Shown here: piece by piece, positions 27,501-42,000 of the stretch
How the letters are laid out: each line of letters begins with the position of its first letter
Numbering within the stretch: position 1 is the first letter of the stretch
Assembly: GCA_030141605.1 (NCBI GenBank)
Contig: JAQGDQ010000712.1
Location: forward strand, 44,665-108,664
DNA: 64,000 nt
Origin: Tubiluchus corallicola
Taxonomy: Eukaryota > Animalia > Priapulida
Direction of reading: 5' to 3'
Translations under genes and position numbers: made by a program
Notes under the pieces: model-generated
Databases searched by the model: none
The model's input: only the letters and a program-made list of their open reading frames with translations
Told to the model about the DNA's origin: nothing

Positions 27501-30500
27501 TTAAAGACAGTAGGGCAATTATATTGTTATTAACATCATTTATTTTCGAATGCGCACGTCTACAATGTATATTGAAATCTATTAAATGTAGACAATTAAA
27601 GTAGCAGCAAAATAATTTGTATATTTAGCATAGAAAAACCACAGATTCGAATGAACAATTAATAATATGTGCTGATTTAGCCAAGTTTAATTGGAAAAAA
27701 TAAGTTATTTATAGTTATATAAACAATATTATTATTATTATGTAATTTGTTCGCATCTAAAATCGATACAGCACGTGTACAATGATTTTAGTACACAACA
27801 AGTATATATACACAAAGATAAAAATTATAAAATGATTATTATGCAACATGTAGTTTCTTACAAGATCATAAAGTGATTTGTTGACAGCACATTTTACATT
27901 GTGATTAAAGTGCTAAGTGCAACCGTCTTTCAAACTTAAGTTAAAATCATTGTCATTAATAAAATTCAACAATTTCTGTATAAGTATCTGACTTGAATTT
28001 TGTATGTTTCTAAAAAAGGTAAACCTTCGACTGTCGATTATGAAATTTGACGGCATTATCCCACAATAATACATCAGTGGCTTGACACCTTCATTTTATA
28101 TATACTTAAAATTTTTTCTAAAAACAGTGTTCCAGCTGACTCTTATGATATTTAAGTCTAAATTACTAATAGCACCAATTTCACAATCATATACAGTGAA
28201 TTCCGCATAAGTCAAAAACAGCCGGACTGAAAAAAACTTTGAGTTAGGCAATGTTGACCAATTTCCAGAATAGAAACTCTGAACCCCCCTCCACTATACA
28301 TAAGCAACAAGCTTTGATGACAATTACATAAAGAATAACAAATTATGTAGTGAAGCACAATTTTTTTCTGTTGCAAAAGGACACGTACACAATACTGTTA
28401 AACAATATGACAGTGTGACTACCACTGTCATATGTCTTACGTATTGCAGTTCAGTTTTTACGTAGTTCATTTATTTACACACTCTATGTTAAGTATTCAG
28501 TTATCTTCATCTGTACCAATTCCTGTGCCCATAGAATGTTACTACGTAGTAGCCAACCAAGACTTTCCCAGAAAGATCAATCCCAGAGAAAATAATCGGG
28601 GAATTTTCCCTGGAAAAGATACTGTTTTTTAGTTGGATGAAACTTTTTAGTTTTCTAGAGTATAAATTGTATTTTTGAGTTAGGTGAAGTAAATTCACCT
28701 AACTGCATTTGTATTTTGATTAAATGGACCATAATTTTTTATTTGAGTTAGATGAAATTTTGAGTTAAGCAATGTTTTTGTGGGAAAAACGAAGGATTTC
28801 ATCCGTTCCACTGAAATTCTTGGGGTTAGGTGGAAATTTGAGTTATGCGGAGTTTACTCGGGGTATGTGATATAATAAGCAAAATTATACCCACGAAAGT
28901 ATTCCCTTGCTTGTATGGTTGACTGTATTGATAGATTATTGATAGATCATCTCAGTCTGGCATTTCCTTTGCTCGCAATAGATTATCAATGACCATAATT
29001 TACTAACTGCATGCTGTGTTCCATGTAGTTGATAACACCGTCTGGACTAAGACACCGAGGCATCATGCAGCATCGTACGGCCCGTATCACTCGTGGTCTC
29101 ATGTCACCGTCTGTACAGCAGGTTGGTATTGCTCGTTTGTGTATTTTTCATACAGTAAGGCATGAATCGTCCAAACTAATGTAGAGAATGATGATCCTCA
29201 AATTATAGTTTTCTTAACTGATCATAATGTCAAATCACTATATCAGCTGTACAATATGTATCTGTAGGATAAAAAGGTTTGATAACTGTTAGCAGTCTAT
29301 AAAATATTGTTTGGTTAGTGTAACCCGACCGACCATAATTTTTTACCACTAATTTTTCAAAAAAATACCAAAGCAACAATGTTATAGCACGGTGACATAC
29401 GGGGATATAAAACAAGACAAGATGGCAGCTCTTTTACTCTTTTGTTGCTGCCGTTTTGATAGAAGTTAGTTCGTTTCAAACGTATTTTATGTTAATACAC
29501 ATTGTGTAATTAAGTTCACTTGAATAGTAGTATTTTTAATTAAGCTCAGTCGAATGCACAGGTACTTGGATTGCAACTAAGTCTGACTTAGTCTGCCCTA
29601 TTTTTTCGCGAAAAGTGTTACATGGCATTAGCGTGTAGACATAATAGCTATCTATTTACTTTTCTATAATACGTTAATACTAATTTGTACCCAGAATGTT
29701 CATTATGATTTAAAAAAATAAATAAAGGATAAAAAATTTACCTTACCCACCCATTTTATTTTAAAATGTTATTCTAACCTAGTTTGACCTAGTATTTTGC
29801 TCAGTTCAAAGTGCAATATTTAAACAGACACATTTTAATTAACTGTGCAATATTTAATGAAATGGGTTATTCAACCATCCACTCACGTAAAGCTTAAAAA
29901 ATTCGTCTTCCAATTTTATACCACTTACATACTACCTTTTTGCATGCAGTGCTCGCATTGGCTGTAACGCTGTATAAAACGTGTAAATTTAAACTCCAGC
30001 GATTACCGTTAGGCACAGCCATTTTGACGATAGAGCGTTTAAAACAAGTTTAGATAACACTGAATAAAGTTTGAAAAAATAGTCAGAGCATTTGTAGCAT
30101 AATGTTGCTAACTAAGTGAAATTTTAAATTACAGTATCTTGTCAATAAGATTTAAAATACGTTTTTTGCTAGTGAGTGGCGCACCCTGTAGGGTGAGTCA
30201 GCGACATTTCACCAATTGGCACAAACATTTTAAATTATTATTTCTAGTTACATGAGTCTTTTCAGCAGGTAAGCAAAATGCTAAGTAATATAGATTTACA
30301 CAGAAAGTTTTTTGGGATATAAGTTAACATTGCCTTTTCTTCCCCTGATTTACGTTTGTGTCATGACGTCATGTAATGGCGCGTTACGGGAGATTTCAGA
30401 ACAGTACTGCAGGAGATTTAAAATGAAAGCAAACAAAAATCCTTTTGATATACGCATAAAATTGCTATAAAGTTTTTATATAGCAATATAAAAATATTGC

Positions 30501-33500
30501 TATATTTTTAAGGCGATTTTTCTGAAACCTACTTCAAGTACCCCTTTTCTTGTCCTTTCATTATTCAAGATTTCACTTTCTTCCTGCAACATCAGCTCTC
30601 TTCATTTGGTTTAGTGACACACGAATGCCAAGTGCAGTATTTTTAGAGGCATTTTCCTAGTTATGTGCAGGCAGTCACAATAACTAACCACACATTCAGT
30701 GTCGTTTTTATCATTCAAAACAATTTATCGTATCGCATCGTATTGTCTGAAAAATACCAAATTTGTATCGTTTAATCATCGCTAATGTATTTTACCTTGG
30801 GCGCGATGTTGGATGATTCTCAAACAGCACAGTATTTTGTACATTTTAATTTATGGCAAAACATTTTTAGGCCCGTCGTGTAAGCTACCAGACATTCTGT
30901 TACTTCTGTGTTCGGTCTTACCATCACAAATTGAATGCTTTGCACCAATGCTAGGTTTTTCTTGTACGTTATGTTATGTATTTGCAATTATTTTCAGGGA
31001 TATCGGTCGTTTGCAGCTTCCACCTCTCCACCTGATCGAGAACGACTGGAAGAGCGGCGGGCATCTTCCGGCTCACTTCCTCCTCGTCCGAAAACAGGTA
31101 CCCGATATTTCTGTATGGATATCTCTGTTTTGCCTGTTCTTTCTTTTATGTTTTTCAATGATTCTGTTTTATGTGTTTGTTTGTTGTTTATTATTACTTT
31201 ATTTGTTTTTCAGCTCCAGTAACCCCACGGACTCCATCTCCTCCACCGCCATCCGTTGCGGCTCCCCTTCTTGAGATGGGCTTCTATCTACAGCACATTC
31301 AAAAAGCAATTGAAGCAACAGGTAGGATTGTTTCCTCAGTTAATTACCTGTCTAAATGAACTGTTGATGAGTAACATTAGCACAAATGCTACCCATATCC
31401 GGCGGCAGTTGAAGCCTTTCATGAAAAAAAAACAAACATCGCTGTCTCGCTGTACATTTATGTTTTATATGAATGATTCTAGAAACCAATGATTGCAGCG
31501 CTTTCAACTAAACTCATAATAAATTCTACTGAAATTAATTAACACCTGTAATTGTTTTTCGAGGTATGACAGGTGAGAACGTTCACAGCATCAATACCTT
31601 AGCAACCTGGATGATCGAGCATCCTCTCAGTGTTGCTGAGATGAGTGAAAACAGTATGGGAGCAGCTGCTGCACCGAGTAGTACTTGTACCCTGAACGAG
31701 GAGGTGGATCGAGCCCGGGAACATCCGTCTCTGTGCAGGTAAGCCCAGGTTTACTTTTTCTGGTTTTTACAAGTTCCACGAATCAAGAAAACTTTGTCCA
31801 AGAAAAATGGGAAGAAACAATGAAATATTCCTCCCAAGCCCTTCCACTTAACACTTGTCAAAAGGGATTTTTCATTTGCACAATACTTCTTCGAGTTGTC
31901 TTTTCATTTCTGTTTTTATGTATGAAACTTCTACTAATAACCTTCATTGCAGGTTGCTTGGTTCTGCTGACCCGCCTCCGGACATACCCATTCGACAGGG
32001 GTCCAGGTTGTTTGAAAGCGTAGACTTGTCCGACCAGGAGTTAGAGAGGATGCGTAATCGCATGTCACATGACAGATCCCCTGTGGAACGGCAGCGACAG
32101 ATTTCCGACATTCGAGCATTCGTTACAACCACGTCAAGTATGTTTATTGACATGAGTACAGTTAGTGTTTGAATCTGAATAAAATTCCATTTTAAAAAAT
32201 TTCGATTTATGCAATAGTCTCACAAAGAGCATGTGTATTGCTTGATTTTGTTCAGGAATAAAAACATTAATAATTTGTTTCAAATTTGTGTGCAGAAATC
32301 TCGCTAAACTGTGCTGATTGCATGTTTCAAACGTTTTAATGATAAAGAACATATGTAGTTGAAGTGATAAATCATTACAATCCATAATTTTAGGTCTGAA
32401 TCGAATTCATATAAAAAACTGAACTAATCCAATTGAATATTCCATTCGAGTGTTTGTTTGTTTGTTGTTTTTCTCGAGCATGCTTTTTCTTTTGCCTAAT
32501 TTCAGATAAGTATGATTAAGGTCAGAATAAATGTTTTTCCAAAATGTACAGTTCTTCATTACTTAAAAACAATCACTTATCTTTAATAACCTTCTAATAG
32601 ATGGCAGCAGTGCTGCACGTGAATTACCCATTCTCCCCTCGGCTGCACTTACTAGAGAGCGCATGCATGTCCGTGGCGAGGCTCTGTCCATGTACGATGA
32701 TATGCTAGACATTGATGACGAAGTGGAATCTGATGGCATAGAGGATATGTTCAGTCCGGAGATCAACGATCGTGATGCACTCACCTTCAGTGAAATGATT
32801 GCAAATACAGTAAGTTATAAGTTGCTATTGTACTATTTATTGAGACATGATTGATGTTAAGGCAAGTGTTTGTTCCTTATTCAGAAGTTGAAGGAAAGGA
32901 CTGTTTCAAATTTTAATAGAAAAAAGATCAGTTCTTATCTGCCATATTGAGTACTGTGGTAAATAACAGATGCAGACTTGTGTTCCAAGATGGGTAGTTG
33001 TGATCCTAAAACCTGGGATCCACTCACCTTGAACTGGCTCATGATTGGATAACATAGGATTTGCATAGCTGTTTGTTGTGTCATCTGTGAACAAAAATTC
33101 AGAACAATTTCGTAACATGCTAATTTGAAGCAAAAATTTTATCAGTTTGAAAGACATTGGTAGACCAGGTGTTATAACTCAGTGATAGCGTGTTCTCTTC
33201 CCACCTGGCAGGTCGCGGGTTCAACTAGCGACCGAGCCATACCAAAGACTTAAAAAAGGTACTGCTCATTCTTTGACCAAGTGCTCGAATTTAGCGAAAT
33301 AACATCTGGGTAATAATAATTGGGGCCATTTTGAAAATAAGTATTGAGTAACATAAAGTGTTATCTCTGGACTATGTCATTGCTGATATCTATCAATAAT
33401 TACCACTTGCACGTGTTGATTGAATTTCTGAATTTTTTTTTGAAAGGACATACGTGTTTCCGTACTGTTTCAGCTGGGACCCAGTCGAGACGACCTTCAT

Positions 33501-36500
33501 GATAATGGGGTCAGGTGTGACCTGTGTGACGTCACCACACCCATGTACAACAAGCATATGAAGATGCATCACCCGGGCTGCGGTAATAACTGTGGCCGGT
33601 ATGTATGATTTGGTCTCTGTTGTGTATATTGTTTTGTATGTTTATTGTTTTTAGGATGCAATATTGGAACAGTTGCTTTTTAAGCTTGTACAAAATTTGT
33701 TACCAATGTAAAATTTAAACTTTTGGTAAGCTTTGACTGTTTTCCACTGTTACGCCCATTATTCTCGCCTGTCATGAAATATGAAGTTGCTAAGTAATTC
33801 ATGTTTGCAGTTGTGCTTAGTGAATTATCAAAGTTGAATAATTTTTGCTAAATCTTTTCAATAACTTCACACTGACAGGTATTTTACTGTATTTTAGAAA
33901 AAATTAGTAGCATTTTTCTGTGATTTTTCTAGTGTGTAAATAAAGCAATGGTCATTTAAAGTCATTTTTAAGCATTTTATTTGGAGATAAATCAGTGAAG
34001 AAATAAACGCACTGATGATCGTAAGCAAACAGCTATGGAAACAAGAAGAACCAATTTGTTGTGTCGTAGATAAAAATTATGAAACGGTTCTTGTGATAGT
34101 TAGGCAGACAGAAAATTTTAGTTTCTTGTGAAAAATGTCCTTGTTACCCACCTTCCTTTACTTTGCCACAAAGACATTAGGTAAACAGGTAGTTGATCAC
34201 AACAATACATATTACTATTAATGATTTTTCGGGAAACCACTGCTCTCTTCCTCAGCCTATGTAAAATTAATCACATAAAATTAGGGAGCAGTGGTTTCCC
34301 GAAATATCATTAATACGAGGTATCTTGTGATTAATTATTTCATTATTTTCATCATGGATACACAAACTGATGTGGATACACAAAACATTATGTTTTTTAC
34401 TGATACTAAAAATGTATCGGTTTGTGTATAGTTTGTATCGAATAGATTGCTAAACATTTTTCTGTCTGTTCATTTACAGTCTAATTGTCAGGCTATCATT
34501 GCAGGAAGGGTTACCGTAGCAACGGTCATTACGTGGAAGGATGGTTTGGTGGTACATGCGGTACGGGCAATCCTTATTACCTGATGTGCGAGCAGTGCCG
34601 TGACAGATACCTAGCATTAAAGGCATTGAAAGTGGTATGGTGTTTTGTATTAAGTCATTTATGGACAAGAGAAAACCATTTAAGAAATTTTGAATGCAGG
34701 AATTTGATTTCTTATTTTTCATGACAGAAAATTTAGAATTTGAATGGGTTTATGTAAAAAGACGTAATTCTTTGTTTCATATTCAATGTTCACATTTTAC
34801 ATCTACCATCGATATAAACTATTCGAGTCATTTTTTCATATGTTAAAATATTCAAAAATTTTCCTGGCTATTCTACAGAAATTCATTTGTAGCTCACTAG
34901 TTGGAGCACGCACCTTGTAGATAGATTGTCCCAAGTTCGAGTCTTGTCTGTGGCACAAATTTTATTTTTATCTGGTGTTTTATTGCAGTGCACTGTAACA
35001 AAATCATTTAAATAATTTGTGTTCATCTCAGGTGAACTGATGAACTTTTCTGACTAAATGATTGATTACTTATTTAGTTCTCTGTTAATTTTCAGGTGGG
35101 TTCAAAACCATCAGTGTTACCGAGCACCAGCAGTTTACTGGGTGGAATCACCACCGATGCACCTGATTTGCTTGGTGCACTTGAATCTCCATTAGATGGT
35201 AAATTAAAGTTTATTTTGCATTTCGTGCTGCATTTTATGTTGAGAATTAAATTATTTTCTTTATCATTTGGTCAATTGCCATGTGGAATTTTATCATTTA
35301 CTCGATGTTTAAGGTCAATGGCATTTTGCTTTGGAAGTTATTTTTTGTAATTATCTCTAAGTGCTAAAATAAAATGATATTAAAAGAATGTAGGAGTGAA
35401 ATTTAAAGGAGTGCCATTAAATGAAAATTTTAAAATAACAAAATTAAGTATCACAGTCCGATGGATAGACGACTAAGTTTAGGACCCATATTTTTACAAG
35501 CTGATACACCTAACATTTTTAGACTTTAGTATTAAGGTTTATTGAACAATACAGAAGCAAGAGCATTTAATGTTAATTTCTTGAAGCGATCCGCTTTTGT
35601 ACTCGTATTTTTCTGATTTAAGTGGAGTCTAAAGCTGAAGACAAGTCAGTCAATAATCTCTACATCAAGTCTTGCATGACAAAAAGTTTATTTAAGTTTC
35701 AGTTTCAATTAAATTGCAAGATTCAGTCAGAATTTGCTCCGTATATTCAAGTTCATTTTCATATTTTAAAATTCTCACTTGTCTAATTTTTGGTGCTTTA
35801 GAGGATTATGCCATGCACATGGAGGAAATAGAAAATCAGCTCTCTGGTGTGAAAAGTTTCGATTCGGTCAAGTCGTTCTTGGGTCTAAGTGACCACCGGT
35901 CTGTACCTGATCCGGTGTTATTTACTGAGAATGACCCACTGGGTGCAAAGCATGTTCCCGTGGTGTGTAATAGCGAAGATGATGCTTCTGCTGACGGTAA
36001 GTATGCTTTGCATTCCAAATTAGTCATCAGTGGGTTTTTTAAACTTAAAGACATGAATTGTGCTGCAAAAATAAAATCATCTTGTCTAAATTTATGAGTC
36101 AGGTGCAAGTGTATTCTATTTGTCATCAATGCAAATTTATTGTGATATTCGAATATTGCTGTCTTTAAAGGCTGATTACTTTATTATGCTTTAACTTTCT
36201 TGTAATAGATGTCGCTATAATAATAATAATTATTTTGTATAGCGTCTAAATTCATACAGACAGACAAACGGCTTCATATTCAAAAATGCTTAAAAAAATA
36301 TGTAAAATTATCGAGGCAGAATTGTATTGTGATATTCTGTTATTTCTGTCTTTAAAGGCCGATTGCGTTATTATGCTTTAACTTTCTTGTAATAGATGTC
36401 GCTATAATAATAATTATTATTATTATTTTGTGTAGTGTCTAAATTCATGCAGAGAAGCAAATGGCTTCATATTCAAAATTGCTTCACAAAAATATCTAAA

Positions 36501-38953
36501 ATAATCAAGGCAGAATTGAAAGAGTCCTTAGGTTAAGGAGAGAGCCTATGAAATTTCATATAAAGTTGCAATAACTAAATAAAAATGAACAGATTCATAA
36601 GATGCAAGTATACCACAACAAATAATTTGATCACTTTCTAGATTATATGCTATTTTAAATAAGTGCACTTCAGTCTTTATTTTAAGAGCACTAGTGTTTG
36701 AAGGTGTCCTGCTGTGGATAGGTAGAATGTTCCGTGGAGTTGGTCTTGCGACAGTAAATGGCTTATGGCCCATTGTGATTGTCGATAATATACCGTTACT
36801 AGCACTCTTTGCATGTTGGTGCCGCCATCTACTAAAATTGCTTAGAACTAACAGCAGCTTTTATATTTCTAATTCATTAATAAATTGTAGGCGGTGCTGG
36901 CTTAGGAAAAGACGTTCTTTTGAAGCCACTTGGGGAGCAAGCTGCACTGCTGAGAAACAGTCGAGATCGACTGATCGCATTGCGTCGCACGCTCGCTGTA
37001 GCTCAAGTTCTAGTCGCCCGTGAGATGGTGATTCGTGTGCTTTCTCTTCTCTCTGTCAGGTATGTGCAATTTTAATTGGAAAAACGAATAATTGTCAAAG
37101 ATCTTATTTAGTTATAAAGCAAATAACATATGGACGCTTGATAATATCTTTACGTCTTTCAATTATTCTTGAAGCAGACTTTTCTTTCGGCATCTTTGAA
37201 TAGTGATTTTTTTCGATTTCAATGGAAGAGGCAATATATTTCGTGGTTAATGATGTTATATCTAGCAAACAATGTTATTTTATGTACCTCAAAAGTAACT
37301 ACTTCTTAGGCAGTAACAATTTATTAATAGTAATGAATGTATGCAAAGTTTAAACTCTCCAGACACGTTTCACCATTAGAGTGACATCTCCATATGTTGA
37401 GTCTAAAAGTAGACACTGACGATGCTGATAGTGAAGATATTGATGACGAAACGTTCCTAAAGAACTTGTTTTTATGAACAATTTTTTTACTCTTAATAAA
37501 ATCTTATTGTATATGCATATGGCTTATGTAATTTAATATTGTATAATTTTTTCCAAAAATAAAACACAAAGAAAATATAAAATATTGCAAATGTTGTTTT
37601 TTTTCCTAATAGCTTTTGTTGTTTAATTACAGTAGTTCAACGTGTAGTTTATCTGCTGGGCTGGAAGCAATGGGTCTATCGGATATACGTCTTGTCGTAC
37701 GGCTCATGTGTCTCACCGCCGCCGGAAGAATTGACTTCTGCAATAAGTTTCTAGAACGGCAGTTCACTCCGTCACCATCGGTACATTGAATACTTTTACT
37801 TTTGTTAGAGAGTGATTTTTCTGTTCTGTGTTAAATAGACCATCATAAGTGCATTTGCTTTGAGATACTGTTTTTATTACTGATTGAGTGGTTAAACCAA
37901 GATTAGAAAATTTTCCTGTCAAAGTGAATCTCTACATGGTGAATGACATATTAATCGATCATAATACGTGATTGATCAAATATGCTTTTTCTTTCTTAGC
38001 CACTGTAAATTTGTCTCTAAAGGGTATAATGAATAGGCAATAGTTATTGTTATAGTTGTAGTTTTTTAGATCCACATAGTACATACAAGTTGAGCAACAG
38101 TGACAATGTATAACAATATCAAAGCCTTAAGAAGGTGTATGTAAGTCAGATGTCGGGCCATCTTATCGTAGAGCAAGAAAATTAACTCATCGCATCAAGA
38201 ATTTGCATCTTATTTAATATTTGTCACTTCATACTAAATAAACATACAAGAAGTATTTAATAATAGTAGTAAAATTGCATATTACTTTTTCATTTCTACT
38301 ATGCCAAGACGATTGGTCATTGACTTAGTGCATTTATTTTGATATGCAGTTCACTTGAGCATCCATGTCACTGGACTTTGTTTATAACACTTAATATTTT
38401 TACTGTAGCTACATTTGAGTATTACCAGCTCTCTCACGTTGTCTAGTCGTGCAGCATCGAATTTACAATATCTTAGTTCAGCTGTTAGTGCCCTTGCCCG
38501 AGAGAATACACAAGCATCTCAGCTGCTGGTACAACTGTGTGTGCAGGTACGTGATTATGTTATGTAAAGCTAAATTATTTCTGGCCAGTTTATTAATTGA
38601 ATATAATTTACCAAGTGTAAGTAAAGGCATTTTCTTGGTGAAAGAGTCTAACTTTCATTAAACACAAAGTGGTAGAATTTAATGTACCAGACAGCTGACA
38701 GCCACATAGCCTACTGAAGCAAATCACTTAATTTTGATTTGTGCTATGCCTTGCTTAAAAGTCAATTTTATTGTTCTTATGAGTCTTGTCAAGGAAAAAA
38801 GCTACAAGTAATTTTATTACATTACAAAACTTCGTCTTTATATGTGTTTTTATAAACGTTGATTGTCTTTGTATATTGTGTTACATTATATCGTACTGCA
38901 TTATACTGTATTATATTGTATTGTGATGTATTGTATTGTATTTATGAATAAAC

Positions 38954-39025
<72 letters not shown>

Positions 39026-42000
39026 TTATTATTATTGTTGTTGTGTAATTCTAGTTGTATTTATCCCAAAAATATTCTGTTTGATTTTGTTCACAAAACT
39101 TTGGAAAACACAATCGGAATATTACTCTCTAATCAATATAATCGCAGTTTAAAATATTAAAAAAATCTTCCACTAACCCTACATTTTTATAACAGTTTCT
39201 CAGTAACTGTGGCAGATTAGTGGTTTCTTTCATAGCTGACCGTTAGGCAGTTTTAGCGACTACAAATCCGATGTAGCTTTTTGTATTCAAGTGATCCAAC
39301 ACAATTCATAGAACCTTCTAAATGCATTTCTTGCCTGCTCTCACCTGCATGTGTTTTAGGACCTGATGTCGGCTGCCATGGGCCTGAACACGTCTCTCAT
39401 TGAAGAACCAAAGTTACGCAAAAAACCTGAGTCAGATCACAAAGCTCTTTCTTCACCCAGCTTCTCTGTTACACAAGCCTTAGTTGCTTTGCTGGCTAGT
39501 GGCAAAGGTACTTTGATTGGAGAGAACAGACAGATGACGAAAACTTCCCCGTTTGACACCGATATTAAAAAAGGTGAGAAGAAAGCTTTAGCACTTTTAC
39601 ATGAGTGAATGTGTGGTGTAAATCCAAGGTTGGTAAATGTTTATGGAGAAATTGTAATTTTTTTATCCTGCCTTTGTAGATGTAGCAGAACAACAAGAAG
39701 TGGCCTCGTCGAACAAGATCAACTTTCTTCCACTGGCAAACGCTCTGGCGGCCTGCGTTCTTTCTGCACGACTTCACAGTCAGCACAGGGAATGGGCTAT
39801 TCAACAATTACTAAAGTAAAATTAATTGTTTATGAATTCAAGACTATTAGTTAACAATGACCTATAGTTGTGGATTTATCTTTATTGTTACTTTAGGGAA
39901 AGTTCTATTTTATTTTTCGTACATTGCCTTTTATAAACATTCCAGTTCAATTGTGCAAATTGCTATATTTTACTTCTATAGTGTGATAATGATAATATAT
40001 TCTGACATATTATCTGTAAAGTCAGACAAAAACGTGGAGACATAATGCATAATGCATATTTGTTACTTGATGACAGGCATACAAACAATTACCACTAAGA
40101 AACAAAAAAAAATATGTTTCAGATTGTAGCTGACACCTTAGTATATCACAGTAAAAAGAATATGATCACATCTGAAAACACACACTGTTAAGTACCCAGC
40201 ACAAAAACTTAGTAAACTTGATACATAGCTACTTTAAAATATTCTTAATAACAAGGACACTAGGCATAGACATAGACACTTTTTATTGGTCTCTTCTATT
40301 GCTCATTTACATAAAATACGCAACTGATTAAACATGTAAAATTTATGCAAAAAAAGGACAAAAATGTATATTAAGAAGTGAAGTGGGTGCAAGAGAAAGT
40401 GTACCGAAAGACCACCAGGTCATCGAGTCAGCTACCCTTCTTAAATTAATAAAATAAAAACTATATGCACTCCAAAGTTACTAGAAAAAACTGCAAGTTA
40501 GCTATAAGAACCAACAATATCAACAACAACGAAAAGACGTGATAAAGATCAAGGAAAAAAGATACAATAATTATTGTATAGTTAATATGCATAACAATAA
40601 CATATATACAGTATTGTGTATTTAATTATATTTACTGGTATTTCTACTGTTAGTAAGTGATATGGTAGATATAAGTTTTTTAAACATTTGGCTTTTGAAC
40701 ATTTACAGGTGCATCTTAAGTTGTACAAACTTAAGATATTAGCAGTTAATAAAATAAGAATATAAATCATTTAATAATATTCTTGATTTTTTAGTAATCC
40801 ATTTTTTGGATCGTTGCTATGGATTTTTTAGTAATCCACAGTTTCAATCGTTGTTCCTCTTTGTTTGACCAAATTGTGTTAATTGTATATTAAACAGGTG
40901 TTTGTCAAGTCAGGATACTGTCTCAGGTACAGTGTTGGCCGACATGTGCAATGATCTACCTGCTTGCCCCGTGTCCAAACTCGAAGCTCATCAGAATCGT
41001 GTCATCACGTGCACCTGGTCATCTCGAAAGAATTTCTTAGCTTCCAGGTACATTAAGCAGCATTCAAACTAGCTGTGCTCACACTTTCTAGGGCGTCGAA
41101 GTATGAGCTTTTTTATGAGCTAGAAGTTTTGAAATATTGATAGTTGTTTGTTTGTGTTTACCTGCTTTCAAGGCACCCCTGATTTGTTTATTATTAAAGG
41201 GGAAGAAAAGGCAGTTTTAAAGCATGTTCCAAAAAACTTCCCACACATAGTTTATTATTAAGCATTGTACTAACCTGTTTGTAAGATTTAGATTTTTTGT
41301 AACTAGAAAAGGAAATACCTAGTAATTTAAATGTTTGTGCCAACTAGTAAAATATCACTGAGTCACCTTCCCAGTGTAGACCACTCACTCTCCAAAAATG
41401 TATTTTTAATCTTATAGACAAGATAAACAATTTTTTTGCTTAGTTAGTGAATAATGACTGCACTGATTATTTTTTCAAATTTTACGCTGCTATCTAAACT
41501 GGTTTCAAACGATTTACTGTCAAAATGGCTACGCCTAACAGTTATCGCCGGAGTTTAAATTTTCATGTTTTATACATTGTTATTGTTAACATAAGCTTTG
41601 TATGCAAAATAAATAGCTGATACAAAATTTCAAAACAAATTTTTATCAAAAGTGTTTTCTTGTGCTTAAACAGTCTGTTTTTACAAAGTCTTTTTATGCC
41701 TGATCATTCACGATCAGTTGACAAATGACAACGTGACATTTTTTGACATTCTACGAGTCGAACTTGAATATAAGTCTTGAACTTACATTACATTTATTAA
41801 TTTTGCCAAAGTTTTTTTTGCCTCTTCCATTTTTTATTCAGATGTTCTTATAATGCTTGTTATTTACGTTTTGTGATTTACATTTTTCAATACGACAGTT
41901 AAAGCCTCTGTTAAAAGCCTTTTGTAGATAAGCAGTTCATACCTATCAATGGCGTAGCTAAAAATTTTCAACAATTTTTTAACCATTTAATTCACTTGTG

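Noticed and set aside
29188-29221. ATGATGA...CTGA box C/D-like pair
   Set aside because: Only about 34 nt, with no terminal stem or guide; too short for a snoRNA.
36704-36721. Possible 18-nt phase 1>1 micro-exon (VLLWI)
   Set aside because: Weak polypyrimidine tract and donor; not needed for the frame; no homology support.
40260-40860. Possible reverse-oriented LINE 3' end
   Set aside because: Only compositional resemblance and a heavily decayed frame; cannot be supported without a search.
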